IMG/VR virus record: IMGVR_UViG_3300035210_000132
Span: 28,596-92,595 of that record
Source: a virus
Strand: one strand, 5' to 3'
Length of the DNA: 64,000 bases
In this document: positions 39,801 to 48,861 of the stretch, piece after piece
How the letters are laid out: each line of letters opens with the position of its first letter
Position numbering within the stretch: the stretch's first letter is position 1
Position numbers and translations under genes: made by a program
The notes under the pieces: model-generated
Told to the model about the DNA's origin: nothing
The model's input: only the letters and a program-made list of their open reading frames with translations
Databases searched by the model: none

Positions 39801-40642
39801 ATCATGTCCCGGAAGGTCACCAGAGAGCCCATGCTGGACATGCCTCGCGTGAGCCAGTCCATGAAGGTCTTCTCTTCGAAAAGCCGGGTAGCTGTATCAT
39901 CATTCTCTTCTGCTACGATCTGCTGCAGGATGTGGTTCTTGAGCTCAGCAATCGTGAAGAAGTCGTTGACGCCACTGGTGTGGTTGGCGACCCCTCCCAT
40001 GGCCTCGAGGAGAGAGATGATACCTCCCATCAAGCCCTTGATCTTGGTTAGTCCTGGGGTCTGAGGAGCGGATCGCAGGTATTCGTCCATGACCGACGTA
40101 TGCCCTGAGGTCAGGTCGTCGAACATGTTATCGGCTCCGGCCCAGACCGCTGCCGAGGTACCAAGAAAGCCACTGCCTGAGTACGAGACGAAGAACTGGT
40201 AAGTGGTGTCCCAGTAGGTCGAGAAGTCAGAGCACTGCAGGACAGCCTGGCGACCCACCGGGCTCTTCGCCATCATGATGCCGATGATCTCACCGCAAAA
40301 GAAGAGCTTGTAGCCCCGGAGATCTAGGTCAAAACGATCCCCTGAGACGTCTTGGGAGCTTATCAGGTCTTTAGCAGCGTCGACTTCAATGTGATAGAGA
40401 GACGCCAACACTTGCGGATCAGTCGTCGTCGAAGGCGTACCTGCGACATCCAGGGTATAGTCCCAGAAGAAGAGATGGACCATGGTACGAGGCTTGAGAC
40501 TCAAGATCCCATCAGTGGGCACGACTTGGATGGAAGCCGTAGCGGGAGCGTTGATGCCCATCTGTACTTGGGCTGAAATGACGGGGACCTCGATGCCCTC
40601 GAGGAAAAGCCTAAGCCCTAGCCTCTGTCCTGTCATCGTCAT
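36863..40642 (-). CDS. Very large virion protein (1259 aa), mixed alpha/beta. No motif recognised; possibly a portal or other multi-domain structural protein.
   Basis: Long ORF. Its start overlaps the stop of the 407-aa gene by 1 nt. Confidence 0.55.
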   Translation of the reverse strand: MTMTGQRLGLRLFLEGIEVPVISAQVQMGINAPATASIQVVPTDGILSLKPRTMVHLFFWDYTLDVAGTPSTTTDPQVLASLYHIEVDAAKDLISSQDVSGDRFDLDLRGYKLFFCGEIIGIMMAKSPVGRQAVLQCSDFSTYWDTTYQFFVSYSGSGFLGTSAAVWAGADNMFDDLTSGHTSVMDEYLRSAPQTPGLTKIKGLMGGIISLLEAMGGVANHTSGVNDFFTIAELKNHILQQIVAEENDDTATRLFEEKTFMDWLTRGMSSMGSLVTFRDMIKLLFTYVYYEVVPNPCAMYTKSKDSTTKKMNTYSGSGLSDELSDKIRALAVKVATYRDWKYKADGQERKETVLGIQVADEIEAILAMTKNSRIEQLQQNIKYLAAEQLITNATTGYQPSAPEQLFNQAAASVPAPPKKTSIPAKTADFLELAKGEVKDLRDVQFSPTAAELNKANLIVMGSLAPNLIRQNSTPASKSGSKTKGNKVFFEDNKGSKVFFKEPVPQDPPVFSSNRKVWAKVYDFLMKALQGDGKVTGQKDVYVEGELPMLGTQIFRPDCFFAAAPRCNVLFPDQYTQFQFSRSFLQECTRLRLSTDLTFGINQGTYGLLDVYHFAPTTTQLMEMAKKQGNSSIRVLLPWEIYSGILPKFETMHEVNYIVEKINKNNKNTQISGPASEYAQRTANFNYLRYRFSARSCEISAKFTPWLVCGFPTVILDKPFILTPERRDEVLQAVPENFKDDMSEFVRTAARKFNAPTQYIGMIAGMSHSVSQEGGHTSITMTHARTHRITDDDFLDTISSEITNTPITEIVPTELDAEKLIAEGNWKMLNFLRDITPQNLAQVAVSLAQRQDQEDEGAAGQEQIPLESRPASLPKVVDSFAGLNDLRSATKTPETVPVTSDSYLSIRGHVIKGNAPKGETQILIPSPGGKLGPGSKGPLGGKIVQVACAGDPVTLTAQAVALVGKNLATKGVTPPKNKKVKTSDAVLVKEFQTDPGTGKLLINGAPVAKADVIYYWRKATIYEKATYRKRSSKTIPIEEGLRPPWFSNLYSNWFIGKEIYEKFFGCGSIVDQALYVTPNDGLASFGTSREKQKKLLADIRACTGDENEIKKIMDSALADSIADVPDIESAVDELAYIYGEVKRKGLDVNRFIQDYTRRPIATLEEILGSADLEYINAGDAIALVSGTPGFHSAAVYDAGGQLRGLLTNPDLKIPRFRKGHGKKAIIHRDLDPRPGRLEKVRDYVGQLHAATGSLGVGLEG

Positions 40643-41865
40643 CAGACGGGGGCCTTCGGAAGGTACTTCGACACCTGCAGAATCTGCTTGCCTGTGGCCA
40701 CTGAAGCGATCGTGTTCACGTTGACTGCTCCAAAAGACACTGAGCCTACGGTGGCTGCGATGTCGTCTTTGATGGGGATGGCCTTGGCGACTTCGAGGAG
40801 TTGTGACCCTCCGGGTAGTCCCTTGACCCCATCCCCGAGCCTTCCAATCGTAGAGTTGACGGTATCGAAGGGCAGCTTCGCTATCTGCTTGTCGATCTCC
40901 GAAGAGATCTTCTTCTCTGCGATAGCGATACCGGCCTTGGCTGCCTGTACCGCTATGGTCTTGACCAGGGAGACCAGCAAGGACTCCTTAGGGCCACTCA
41001 AGGCCGGAGTAGTCGAAGCAGGATAAGGAGAGTTGACAAAGTCACGAGAGATGAACTCATCCGAGTTGTCGCTGAGATAGGTACTGGTTACCTGCGCTCT
41101 TTTGGTGTCTGTCAAAGAGGCACCGTAGGCAGTTTGGGCGGCCTCCAAGTAAACCCCCTTATCAAACTCAGTCTTAGCCTGGGACCCAGTGTCGACTGTA
41201 GCTTTTGGGGCACTAGGCAACCACTTGGCCTTCGGGTTTCCTATGTTGGAGATGTTCTGGTAATTCGTCAGAAAGAGCTCGAACTGGAAGTGGACTAGAT
41301 TCCTCTCCTGGGACGATTCCTGGGCAGCTGCCTTGGTCATGTACCCTTCGACCACGATCTCGTCCCAGGACAAGTAGACTCGGCTGTTGGAGCGCACACA
41401 AGAAGTCCCACGAAGGTACCTCTCGTAGTTCTCCCACCACTCGGCTCTCCAGTTGAAGTCATCGGTGTTGAGGAGGACTCCCGTGATGCTCAGACTTCTA
41501 GGCTGCTCCCCGAAGAAGAAGATAAAGGGATCTCCGAAAGTCGTGATGATCTGCTGTTTCTCTACCCGCTGCTCGACTATCTGCTGGATCAGGAAGTTGG
41601 AGTTGTAGGCCCCTGTCCCTGAATTATCTTCCGCTGCCGCATCGAACAGGGGCATGGGGGTGCCATCGGCCTTCCTGACCTGGAGCATGGCATAGGTATC
41701 CTCTTTGATCTGGATGCCTCGCATGGGCCGTCGAACCATATGAGGAGAGAGCATCCCGTAGCCAGGAGTGGTTGGGTTCCCGATGACCCCTTGCTTCTGC
41801 TCATCGGCAACAGCGTTGAAGCGCTTGCCGAAAGCATCGGGCTCGATCACGACGAAGGTAGACAT
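40642..41865 (-). CDS. Structural protein (407 aa).
   Basis: Coupled ORF with a conserved-looking core 'FGDPFIFFFGEQPRSLSITGVLLNTDDFNWRAEWWENYERYL'. Function not recognised. Confidence 0.55.
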   Translation of the reverse strand: MSTFVVIEPDAFGKRFNAVADEQKQGVIGNPTTPGYGMLSPHMVRRPMRGIQIKEDTYAMLQVRKADGTPMPLFDAAAEDNSGTGAYNSNFLIQQIVEQRVEKQQIITTFGDPFIFFFGEQPRSLSITGVLLNTDDFNWRAEWWENYERYLRGTSCVRSNSRVYLSWDEIVVEGYMTKAAAQESSQERNLVHFQFELFLTNYQNISNIGNPKAKWLPSAPKATVDTGSQAKTEFDKGVYLEAAQTAYGASLTDTKRAQVTSTYLSDNSDEFISRDFVNSPYPASTTPALSGPKESLLVSLVKTIAVQAAKAGIAIAEKKISSEIDKQIAKLPFDTVNSTIGRLGDGVKGLPGGSQLLEVAKAIPIKDDIAATVGSVSFGAVNVNTIASVATGKQILQVSKYLPKAPV

Positions 41866-41867
41866 GG

Positions 41868-42074
41868 TTACTCCGATAGGGCTCCGGTACGAAGGAGGTA
41901 GTCTTTCAGGTTCCGGGTAATCTTGGGAAACACATCCCTGCCTGTGATCACCCGGTAACCTTCAGCCTTCATGGACAAGGTAAGCAGGTCTTCCATGAGC
42001 AGGCCATCCATGACCCTAACGGTCAGGCAGGTATCGCCTTCCAAGAACACTCGGTTGGTGACTTCTTTTCGCAT
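41868..42074 (-). CDS. Small protein (68 aa).
   Basis: ORF 2 nt from its neighbours. Confidence 0.4.
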   Translation of the reverse strand: MRKEVTNRVFLEGDTCLTVRVMDGLLMEDLLTLSMKAEGYRVITGRDVFPKITRNLKDYLLRTGALSE

Positions 42075-42075
42075 G

Positions 42076-42258
42076 CTACTTGCCGAAGGCTTTTCTTTCG
42101 GCTGCCTTTACAGGGCCTGGGCCTTTGAGCCCTTCTGGCGTACTCTGAAAGCTCTTCATCGCGTTCTCTATGGTCTGGGTAGCATTGTGGTTGAGGTCTC
42201 GTACTACCTTCCAGTAAGACTGATCCTTGACGGGAAAGAACTTGTCGAGAGATGACAT
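42076..42258 (-). CDS. Small protein (60 aa).
   Basis: ORF in a tight array. Confidence 0.4.
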   Translation of the reverse strand: MSSLDKFFPVKDQSYWKVVRDLNHNATQTIENAMKSFQSTPEGLKGPGPVKAAERKAFGK

Positions 42259-42266
42259 AGGTCCTC

Positions 42267-45200
42267 CTACGAGATGGTCTTTAGCTTCTCAAAGACAATA
42301 TTTAGGGCACTCGAAGCTGTGATGGCTTGCGCGTTGAGCTGGTTGAACAAGGACTTGACCGACTCTTCACTGACCCCGGCTGCCCCTGCTTTGGAGCCGG
42401 GGGTACTGAGGTGGCTGTGAACACCTTTATCTTTTATTAGCTTACTAATGTTGGCCATCTCGTCTGCATCGATCCGATTGTCCTTGTTGACATCCAGAGC
42501 TTGCCCTTCTTTGTAGAGGTCAGACCCAGCCAACCCTAGAGAGTCACCAACCGCCTCATCGAACGAGAGGGTTCTCTTCTTACCTCTCCGGTCGGTACCC
42601 TTCAACGTCTTACTGACCCCCTTCAACCTGACATTTTCCTCACCCAAGCGCAGAACATCAGGGGCAATATCTTTGTAGGCCGACATGGTTGCCCCTCTAC
42701 TCCTCTCATCCATCTCAGCGTAAGCTTCTCCTGCGGCTTGCAGAGCAAGACGAGAGTCTGAGAGGTTGGAGAGGGTAGCGGACTTGTATGTCTTGCCCAT
42801 CTGAGATAGGGCCTCTGAGAAAGCGGCACTCTTACCCTTAGTGGTTTTGGATAGGTTGGTGGCTACGTTAGAGCCTGTACCACCTGAAGCGAGTTCCGCG
42901 CCATGCCCCTGCAGCTTACTGATATTTTCTTTAGTCGCCGTAGCAGCGGTGAACTGAAGATAACCCTGCATAGCCTCTCGTACTTCTTTGGTCATGCCGG
43001 GTATAGCCGAGTGCAGTTTATTCCTCAGTCCTGACTTATCTTCATTGAATTTTTTGATATCCTCATCAGTCATCCCGTTCTTTTTTAGGAAGTCTACTTG
43101 AGCTTGGTTGAACTCTCCTCTTTGACTGAGGATGCTCTCGAAGATATCCGAAGATGCTGGGTCAAGGCTCTTCTCAATAGCCCTTCCTATTCCCGTATCC
43201 TCGTTGATTAGATCCTTGATCTGAGCCCAGGAAGCCGCCCCTTTTTCTCCTTTTAGGCTATGCCCTAACTGGGTATCAAGAGCCTTCGTAGACCTGGCTA
43301 GTTCCTGCCAGTCGTAGGAGGCCAAGGATCCAGAGTAACTTTTGCTTAGCTCCTTGGCTCCTGGCATGTAGCGGTTATTCTCAGGAGCCAAGGCTGTAAG
43401 AACTTCTATGGCTTTGCTTGGATCTCCTCCAGTGGCCTTTTCCCATAAGGCTTTCGTGGGAGACCCGAAAACGTTAGCAGCGGTCTGCACAAGACTACCC
43501 TCACTGCTACCACTAAGCCTATCCACCAGGTATTTGGCCTGACCTTCAGGGGATAGATTTTTTAGATCTTCGTCAAAAGAAGCCTCGTAGAGGCGCTTTT
43601 TAAGATCAGCAACTCCCTCGGGTCCTACCGAAGCTTCTAGTCTGGAGGCCAAGCTCTTCTTATTGGCGTCCAGAGAATTTAGGTAGCTAACCTGATCTGC
43701 TACATCTTGTTCGGTTACTACTACTTTGTAGTCGCCGTGCCCAGATAGCATCCCTGCACCCACGCCTATCCCTATGCCCAAACCAACAGGATTTCCTGTC
43801 GCGAAACCCGCTGCGACGGCGAAGGCGGCGTTAGCGCGTCGATCCCACTTACCTCTATCCTCTAGCATGGCTACATTTTCGTCGGTCATGGCCATGGGTC
43901 CGGAGTAGCCCTCGGCAGTCAAACTCATAAACCTACCACCAAACAGGGCTTTTCGTTCGTCAAGAGAGCGTTGATTTGGATCAACTACTCCGATGCCCTT
44001 CAGTATGTCGGTGTCTAAGCCATATTTCGAGGAGTCATAAATGGTGGTGGCGTCAGTATGGGTACGCTTACCGACAGCACTCAAGTAACTCAGTGCAGAG
44101 GCGTCGCCACGAGAAGCGTCGTTAAATAGACGAGACCCTCGCTTTGTGACCTCGACTTTATAAGACCCAGTCATGGTGTCGACAAAGTCTTCGGCCCAGT
44201 CACCGATATAATCTCTGACTGCAACTCCCAAGTCCTTGGCGAAATCGACTCCGGTGATATGACTGAGTTTGGTCGAGATCTTTTTCTTGACCGCTTCCCA
44301 GGAGTTCTCTCCTAGAGCTTGGTTACGGGCTGCCTGTTCTGCCGCCATGCGACGCTGGGAAGAGAGTTCTAGGCCCACAGTCTTGAGGTTCGGCATGACC
44401 TGCTGCAGCAGGGTGGCTTCTTCTTCCGTAGCTCCGAACCGCTGCATGACCAGGTTCATGGCATCTTCGTTGTGCCATCCACGCTCTCCCAGAAGATGCT
44501 GCAACTGGGAGGCGATCATTTCTGGTCCTGCTTCCCCTACCATGTTGGCTGTAAGCCGGGCTCGCTTGGCTACAAAAGAGAGTTTGGCCTCGCGGGTGTT
44601 GGCCTTCTGATGGGCTATTTGTAGGAGCTCTCCCTTGCTGAGCCCCCCAGAGCGAAATCTTTCCAGTAGCTCCTGGTCCATAGCCCCCGTGTAGCGGCCA
44701 TCTACCACCTCGCCCATCGCCAAGGTCATCGCTGTGCCGACCCCAGAGCGAGCCATCTTATAGCCCAGGTTGTTCAGGCTCACGGCCATGTCCTGCAGGC
44801 CTTCCGCGCCCTCCTTACCTGTCATCTCCACAATCTGAGAGTTGGAGAGTATCCCTAGCTGATTGGCCATACCCAACTGGTTGGCCGTCCGGGTAATAGC
44901 ACGCGCTCCAATCTGACGGCTACCTCCACGAGAATGACTAACCTCGCCCCCAAACTGCTGAAGGCGACTGACCTGCTCTTGGGTCATGCCCGTAACACTA
45001 GCCGTAACCTGCTTCAGTATCTGGTTGCCTCGGATCTCCTGATCGGTATAGAAGCCCGAGAGACGTGATTCAGAAAAGGACTGCAGGGCTCCTTCCATGG
45101 TCGTGCCCATCATCTTCGCCATGTCGCGAAGTGTGGTGACCATCTTCTGGAACTTGCCTGTGAAGTCTCCTACCGTCTTGAGGCCTTGCATGAGCCCCAT

Positions 45201-45821
45201 CTGACCCATCTTGTCCATGAGCTGATTCAGCTCACCGAATGAGGTCAGCATCTCGGGCATGCGTTCCATGTGGCGCACCATGTTACCGATGGCGGCCGTG
45301 TCCATGCGCGAGAAGCCTTGGCCTTGAAATCCAGAGGGATTCTGAAAACGGAACTGGCCTAAGGTCCTCTCGAGCTGGGATTGCTCCTGGGCCCCCTCCA
45401 TCATGTTGCCGAAGATGTGGCTTCCTATGGCCCCAACTCCCATACCAAGGACACCGCCTGCCACTGCGCTGCGTACGACTCCGGCGGTACCCATGCCCAA
45501 GCCGTGGGCTGCAAGACCGGCACTCATGCCGAAGCTGATCCCTTGGGTCATCGGGCTGAAGACAGCCTGACCGATACCTCCTACAACTGACGTACCCAGG
45601 TTGGCGAGACCTCTGAGGTCTCGAGCCGCTCCGTAGTTGAAGCCTGGTCCCGGACCTGCTCCGTAAGCGGATCCTCCCTGAAGAGGTGACCCCATGAAGC
45701 CAGGACCCGACTGCCCTCCGTAAGCCCCGGGCATCTGAGCAGACAGGGGAGGAGCCATGGGAGTAGAAAGCATCTGCCCCTGCTGGGCATGCATTGCGGA
45801 GATCTGCCAGGAAGATAACAA
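42267..45821 (-). CDS. 1184-aa Gly/Met/Gln-rich, mostly alpha-helical protein with glycine-zipper hydrophobic segments. Resembles a tape-measure or ejection (internal virion) protein. First gene of the minus-strand structural operon (TTG start; the first ATG is 9 codons in).
   Basis: Segments such as 'GISFGMSAGLAAHGLGMGTAGVV...GGVLGMGVGAIG' and 'AFAVAAGFATGNPVGLGIGIGVGAGMLSG' are typical of membrane-inserting segments in tape-measure-like proteins. GGAG lies 9 nt upstream of the TTG, and an in-frame TAG just upstream fixes the 5' limit. Confidence 0.5.
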   Translation of the reverse strand: MLSSWQISAMHAQQGQMLSTPMAPPLSAQMPGAYGGQSGPGFMGSPLQGGSAYGAGPGPGFNYGAARDLRGLANLGTSVVGGIGQAVFSPMTQGISFGMSAGLAAHGLGMGTAGVVRSAVAGGVLGMGVGAIGSHIFGNMMEGAQEQSQLERTLGQFRFQNPSGFQGQGFSRMDTAAIGNMVRHMERMPEMLTSFGELNQLMDKMGQMGLMQGLKTVGDFTGKFQKMVTTLRDMAKMMGTTMEGALQSFSESRLSGFYTDQEIRGNQILKQVTASVTGMTQEQVSRLQQFGGEVSHSRGGSRQIGARAITRTANQLGMANQLGILSNSQIVEMTGKEGAEGLQDMAVSLNNLGYKMARSGVGTAMTLAMGEVVDGRYTGAMDQELLERFRSGGLSKGELLQIAHQKANTREAKLSFVAKRARLTANMVGEAGPEMIASQLQHLLGERGWHNEDAMNLVMQRFGATEEEATLLQQVMPNLKTVGLELSSQRRMAAEQAARNQALGENSWEAVKKKISTKLSHITGVDFAKDLGVAVRDYIGDWAEDFVDTMTGSYKVEVTKRGSRLFNDASRGDASALSYLSAVGKRTHTDATTIYDSSKYGLDTDILKGIGVVDPNQRSLDERKALFGGRFMSLTAEGYSGPMAMTDENVAMLEDRGKWDRRANAAFAVAAGFATGNPVGLGIGIGVGAGMLSGHGDYKVVVTEQDVADQVSYLNSLDANKKSLASRLEASVGPEGVADLKKRLYEASFDEDLKNLSPEGQAKYLVDRLSGSSEGSLVQTAANVFGSPTKALWEKATGGDPSKAIEVLTALAPENNRYMPGAKELSKSYSGSLASYDWQELARSTKALDTQLGHSLKGEKGAASWAQIKDLINEDTGIGRAIEKSLDPASSDIFESILSQRGEFNQAQVDFLKKNGMTDEDIKKFNEDKSGLRNKLHSAIPGMTKEVREAMQGYLQFTAATATKENISKLQGHGAELASGGTGSNVATNLSKTTKGKSAAFSEALSQMGKTYKSATLSNLSDSRLALQAAGEAYAEMDERSRGATMSAYKDIAPDVLRLGEENVRLKGVSKTLKGTDRRGKKRTLSFDEAVGDSLGLAGSDLYKEGQALDVNKDNRIDADEMANISKLIKDKGVHSHLSTPGSKAGAAGVSEESVKSLFNQLNAQAITASSALNIVFEKLKTIS

Positions 45822-45899
45822 GGGCCGCTACTCCGTCTAGGTGTGGGCCCTCATTGTAGGAGGGTACCTAGGGGAAGGGCAAGAGTTTGGGGCTAGGGC

Positions 45900-45945
45900 A
45901 AAAAAAGGGCCCGCCTGGGTTCCAGTCCAAGCGGGCCTTCTACAC
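45900..45945 (-). terminator. Rho-independent terminator on the minus strand: a GC-rich hairpin (GGCCCGCCTGG / CCAAGCGGGCC) followed by a T7 run (A7 on the plus strand at 45900-45906). It terminates the RHH gene upstream of the structural operon.
   Basis: Read directly; this is the only clear hairpin plus U-tract in the window. Confidence 0.6.
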
Positions 45946-45973
45946 ACCGGGAGGTCACCCGGTAGAGGTTGTT

Positions 45974-46264
45974 CTAAGCACTTTGTTGCGTGTACGACTC
46001 TACACTTGTGCCTACGCCCTTGGCCTCTCTAAGCTGGCCAAGGATGATGTCTAGAAGCAGGTCAGTACACATGGACTTCTCGTACCGGGAGAGAGGTGCA
46101 CCAGTGATGGCTCCTTTCTGCCGACGTTGAAGGCTGAGATCGTAGGTCTTGAGGTCGCCGCTCAATAGAAACCTGGCGATATAGCTCTCCCACTGATTCG
46201 GGTCAGCGGGAAGGCTCTCAAGCAGGTCATCTGGGAGAATGACTTTGATTTGATAGGCGCTCAT
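45974..46264 (-). CDS. Ribbon-helix-helix (CopG/Arc-like) DNA-binding protein (~96 aa from the ATG at 46262-46264). Candidate transcriptional regulator at the early/late boundary.
   Basis: The N-terminal strand 'YQIKVILPDDLLESL' matches the RHH beta-strand pattern (xIxVxLPDELxExL). It has its own terminator and sits in a divergent promoter region. Confidence 0.5.
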   Translation of the reverse strand: MSAYQIKVILPDDLLESLPADPNQWESYIARFLLSGDLKTYDLSLQRRQKGAITGAPLSRYEKSMCTDLLLDIILGQLREAKGVGTSVESYTQQSA

Positions 46265-46303
46265 GGCGTCATTCCTGGTGTGGTGGTCCCTGCCCCATTT
46301 CAT

Positions 46304-46465
46304 AGCTTATGTTGGTGATTCTAGCAAGCAACTATACGTAGGAGCACGGATTTTCTCTCTGTGATGATGCACTTTTTTCATAGGTCCTAGTCTGCATTTG
46401 TGACGGGACTTGCGGCATAAGGACACTGAGACCACCGTGATTATCTTTCGGGCTGGAGAAAGAAA
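46304..46465. promoter_or_regulatory. AT-richer intergenic region with divergent promoters for the RHH gene (minus) and the ligase (plus). Contains TTGTGA / TTGCGG -35-like elements and the SD GGAGAAAGAAA before the ligase ATG.
   Basis: Local drop in GC. No confident -10 assignment was possible. Confidence 0.3.
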
Positions 46466-47974
46466 ATGCCAAAGCTTTCAAGCGGTTCCGTAAGTTATGT
46501 AGGGCTTTCTTTTGAGGAACGACAGAGGCGCTGGAAGGGGGAGCTCAGGGAGTTTCGACAGCATCATGGGCGAGGTGAGAGGGAGTCGGTTTGGGAGATC
46601 TGGGTAGTAGGCGACAGGGTGTTTTCTCGGTTTGGGTTACTGGGGGGTGCCCAGCAGGTGACGAGTTACGTCGGTAAGACGAAGAACGAAGGTAGGTCTA
46701 ACGAGGTCACTACAGAAGAAGATGCCCTCGCCGAGGCCCGCCGCGATGTCCGCAAGAAGTGGGAGTACGAGGGTTACGATGAGTACGAGGACGGGGCGAA
46801 CATCGACTCCCGGAATAACGGGCTATCGGTACAAGCTCTCCTCACCAACTTGCCAGGGTCGTTCTGCCTCTACAAGCCCGAGAACAACCTCTATGACCAG
46901 AAGAAGCTGCTCAGCAAGGCTAAGGAAGGCAAGGTCTGGTACACGTTCAAGAGAGATGGCGTCGCCAAGTTGATCGTCGTCGATTACTACGGCGAGGTCA
47001 GGATCTACTCGAGGCGGGCTAGAGCCTGGCAAGACAAAGAAGGACCTACCGAACTCCCTGATGGCACGTTGGACTACAGCACCATGATTCCCTGGGCAGC
47101 TCGCTTTCCCCACCTGATCGAGGCAGTCAAAGACCTGAACCTGCCCAAGGGAACGATGATGGCGACCGAGCTCGTAGCTCGGAACAAAGACAACTTCCCC
47201 TATATCTCTGGGCTGACTAAGGGCTACACCCAGAGAGCCCTCGACGACATGAAGGCGAACGGGTTTCCTATTCTTTACTGGTGGGATCTTCCGTTCTTCG
47301 GCGGAGAGGACTTGGTGAGCACCGTCCCCTTCAAGCAGCGCGTGTTCTTGCTGCAGCAGCTCATCATGCAGGGAGGCAAAACTGCCCTCGAGAACATTCA
47401 GCCGCTGAACTACAGCACCAACGGGGCCTTTGCCAGTCCCGAGGCTGCTGTGGACTACGCCAAGAGCATCGGAGCCGAGGGCTTCGTGGTCGTGGATCCG
47501 GATAGTATCTATGGGGATAAAGGCTGGAACCTGAAAGGCAAGCCAGACCGCCCCTCCATGTGCGCCAAGCTCAAGCCGGCCTACGAGGACGACTTCGTGG
47601 TGATGTGGGATCCCGACCGAGACACCAGCTCGACACGAACCCTTGGTGAGTGGGGTACGGGAGACAACGAAGCGAATAAGATCGTCAAGCTACCCGATGG
47701 TCGTATGGTGAAGCACGGGGGTGTGGGATCCGTAGGTCTCTGGCAGTACAACGCAGCCGGGGAGCTCATCTTCATCTGCAAGTGTGCCTCTGGGATGGAC
47801 TATACGTTCCAGGCCAGTCTCACCCCAGCGGACTTCCCGGCTGTCTGGGAGGTTCGCTACAACGAGAGGACCTATGTGAGTGAGGGAGACAAGACTAACG
47901 CTCTGAAGTTCCCAAGAGTCTTGCGGGTGCGAGACGACAAGGCCATGGCCGAGTGTATCAACACCAGACTCTAG
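46466..47974 (+). CDS. ATP-dependent polynucleotide ligase of the covalent nucleotidyltransferase superfamily (502 aa), with KxDG motif I and DNA-ligase-like motifs III, IV and V. DNA ligase is likely; RNA ligase is not excluded.
   Basis: Motif I 'FKRDGVAKLIVV', motif III 'MMATELVARN', motif IV 'AEGFVVVD', motif V 'CAKLKP'. A ~160-aa N-terminal extension precedes motif I. Strong SD. Confidence 0.6.
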   Translation: MPKLSSGSVSYVGLSFEERQRRWKGELREFRQHHGRGERESVWEIWVVGDRVFSRFGLLGGAQQVTSYVGKTKNEGRSNEVTTEEDALAEARRDVRKKWEYEGYDEYEDGANIDSRNNGLSVQALLTNLPGSFCLYKPENNLYDQKKLLSKAKEGKVWYTFKRDGVAKLIVVDYYGEVRIYSRRARAWQDKEGPTELPDGTLDYSTMIPWAARFPHLIEAVKDLNLPKGTMMATELVARNKDNFPYISGLTKGYTQRALDDMKANGFPILYWWDLPFFGGEDLVSTVPFKQRVFLLQQLIMQGGKTALENIQPLNYSTNGAFASPEAAVDYAKSIGAEGFVVVDPDSIYGDKGWNLKGKPDRPSMCAKLKPAYEDDFVVMWDPDRDTSSTRTLGEWGTGDNEANKIVKLPDGRMVKHGGVGSVGLWQYNAAGELIFICKCASGMDYTFQASLTPADFPAVWEVRYNERTYVSEGDKTNALKFPRVLRVRDDKAMAECINTRL

Positions 47975-48159
47975 ATTCGGGAGGAGGTGTACTTGGTACC
48001 GCAACCCGTACAGCGGAACACGACACCTCCCTTGCCATCAGGGACCTGCACCGCGATCCCTTTGCAGCTACCACAACGCAGCTGACTGCCATCAGGCCTG
48101 GGCCCAGCAATGACTTCGCGCTTCCGTAGGTCTTTTGTACCGCTAATAGTCATGTTCAT
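47971..48159 (-). CDS. Small Cys4 zinc-ribbon protein (62 aa), convergent with the ligase gene (their stops overlap).
   Basis: 'CGSC...(17)...CTGCG'. Confidence 0.45.
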   Translation of the reverse strand: MNMTISGTKDLRKREVIAGPRPDGSQLRCGSCKGIAVQVPDGKGGVVFRCTGCGTKYTSSRI

Positions 48160-48162
48160 CTC

Positions 48163-48861
48163 CTAGGCCCCACCGAAGACATCGACCCCATCAGGGATCG
48201 CTACTCCAGGCCCTCCAAGGGTTGCCGCAACAGAACGCTCCTCCCGGGTAGCGTTCTTCATCTCCTCCTCGACTCGATCCTGCTCTTCCACCTCTAGGGC
48301 GGCCTTCTCCGCCTCTTCCTTAGCTGTCTGTTCTGCCGCCTGCTGCGCTACTCGCTCCTGCGCATCTTTCTCTAGGGTCTCACTCACCCGCTCGAAGGCT
48401 GCCACCGTGACTTCTTTGTACCACCGGACTGCCTCTTCTTTGATAGCCCCTGCCTCGGTCTCGGTGGTGTCTAGGCTCATGTTAGCAGTACCAGCAAGCT
48501 TCCTAAGGAAGAAGTCGACCTGGGAGAGTTGCCCAAAGACTTCCTGGGAGATCTCTGCTAGGGCCAGGACATTGCGATCCATGCCCGTCAGCGTCCGATC
48601 GCACTCCTGAGAAATCACCTGCATCCTCCCCATCATCTGGCCTATCTCTGAAGACACAGCGGCTACCACCCGCTTCATGAGATCCTCACAGGCCTGCACC
48701 GCTGCCGCCATGCTGTTGTGCTTGGTGGCCATCTCCTTCATCTTGTTCTCGAAGGCATGGGTGAGAGCATCTTGCTTCTCCACCAAGATCTTCACGCTGC
48801 TCTCGTAGTCGTGCTTGACGGTACGTTTGATGACCTTCTTCTGTCGGAGCTTGTTGCTCAT
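48163..48861 (-). CDS. Coiled-coil protein with an acidic C-terminus (232 aa).
   Basis: Heptad-like helical sequence. The C-terminus 'EEAEKAALEVEEQDRVEEEMK' is strongly acidic. Confidence 0.5.
   Translation of the reverse strand: MSNKLRQKKVIKRTVKHDYESSVKILVEKQDALTHAFENKMKEMATKHNSMAAAVQACEDLMKRVVAAVSSEIGQMMGRMQVISQECDRTLTGMDRNVLALAEISQEVFGQLSQVDFFLRKLAGTANMSLDTTETEAGAIKEEAVRWYKEVTVAAFERVSETLEKDAQERVAQQAAEQTAKEEAEKAALEVEEQDRVEEEMKNATREERSVAATLGGPGVAIPDGVDVFGGA

Noticed and set aside
45907-45945. tRNA-like T-arm ('GGGTTCCAGTCC') in the intergenic region.
   Set aside because: Stem and loop lengths do not fit a T-arm (8-nt loop, 7-bp imperfect stem), there is no acceptor or anticodon arm, and it is followed by a T7 run on the minus strand, consistent with an intrinsic terminator.
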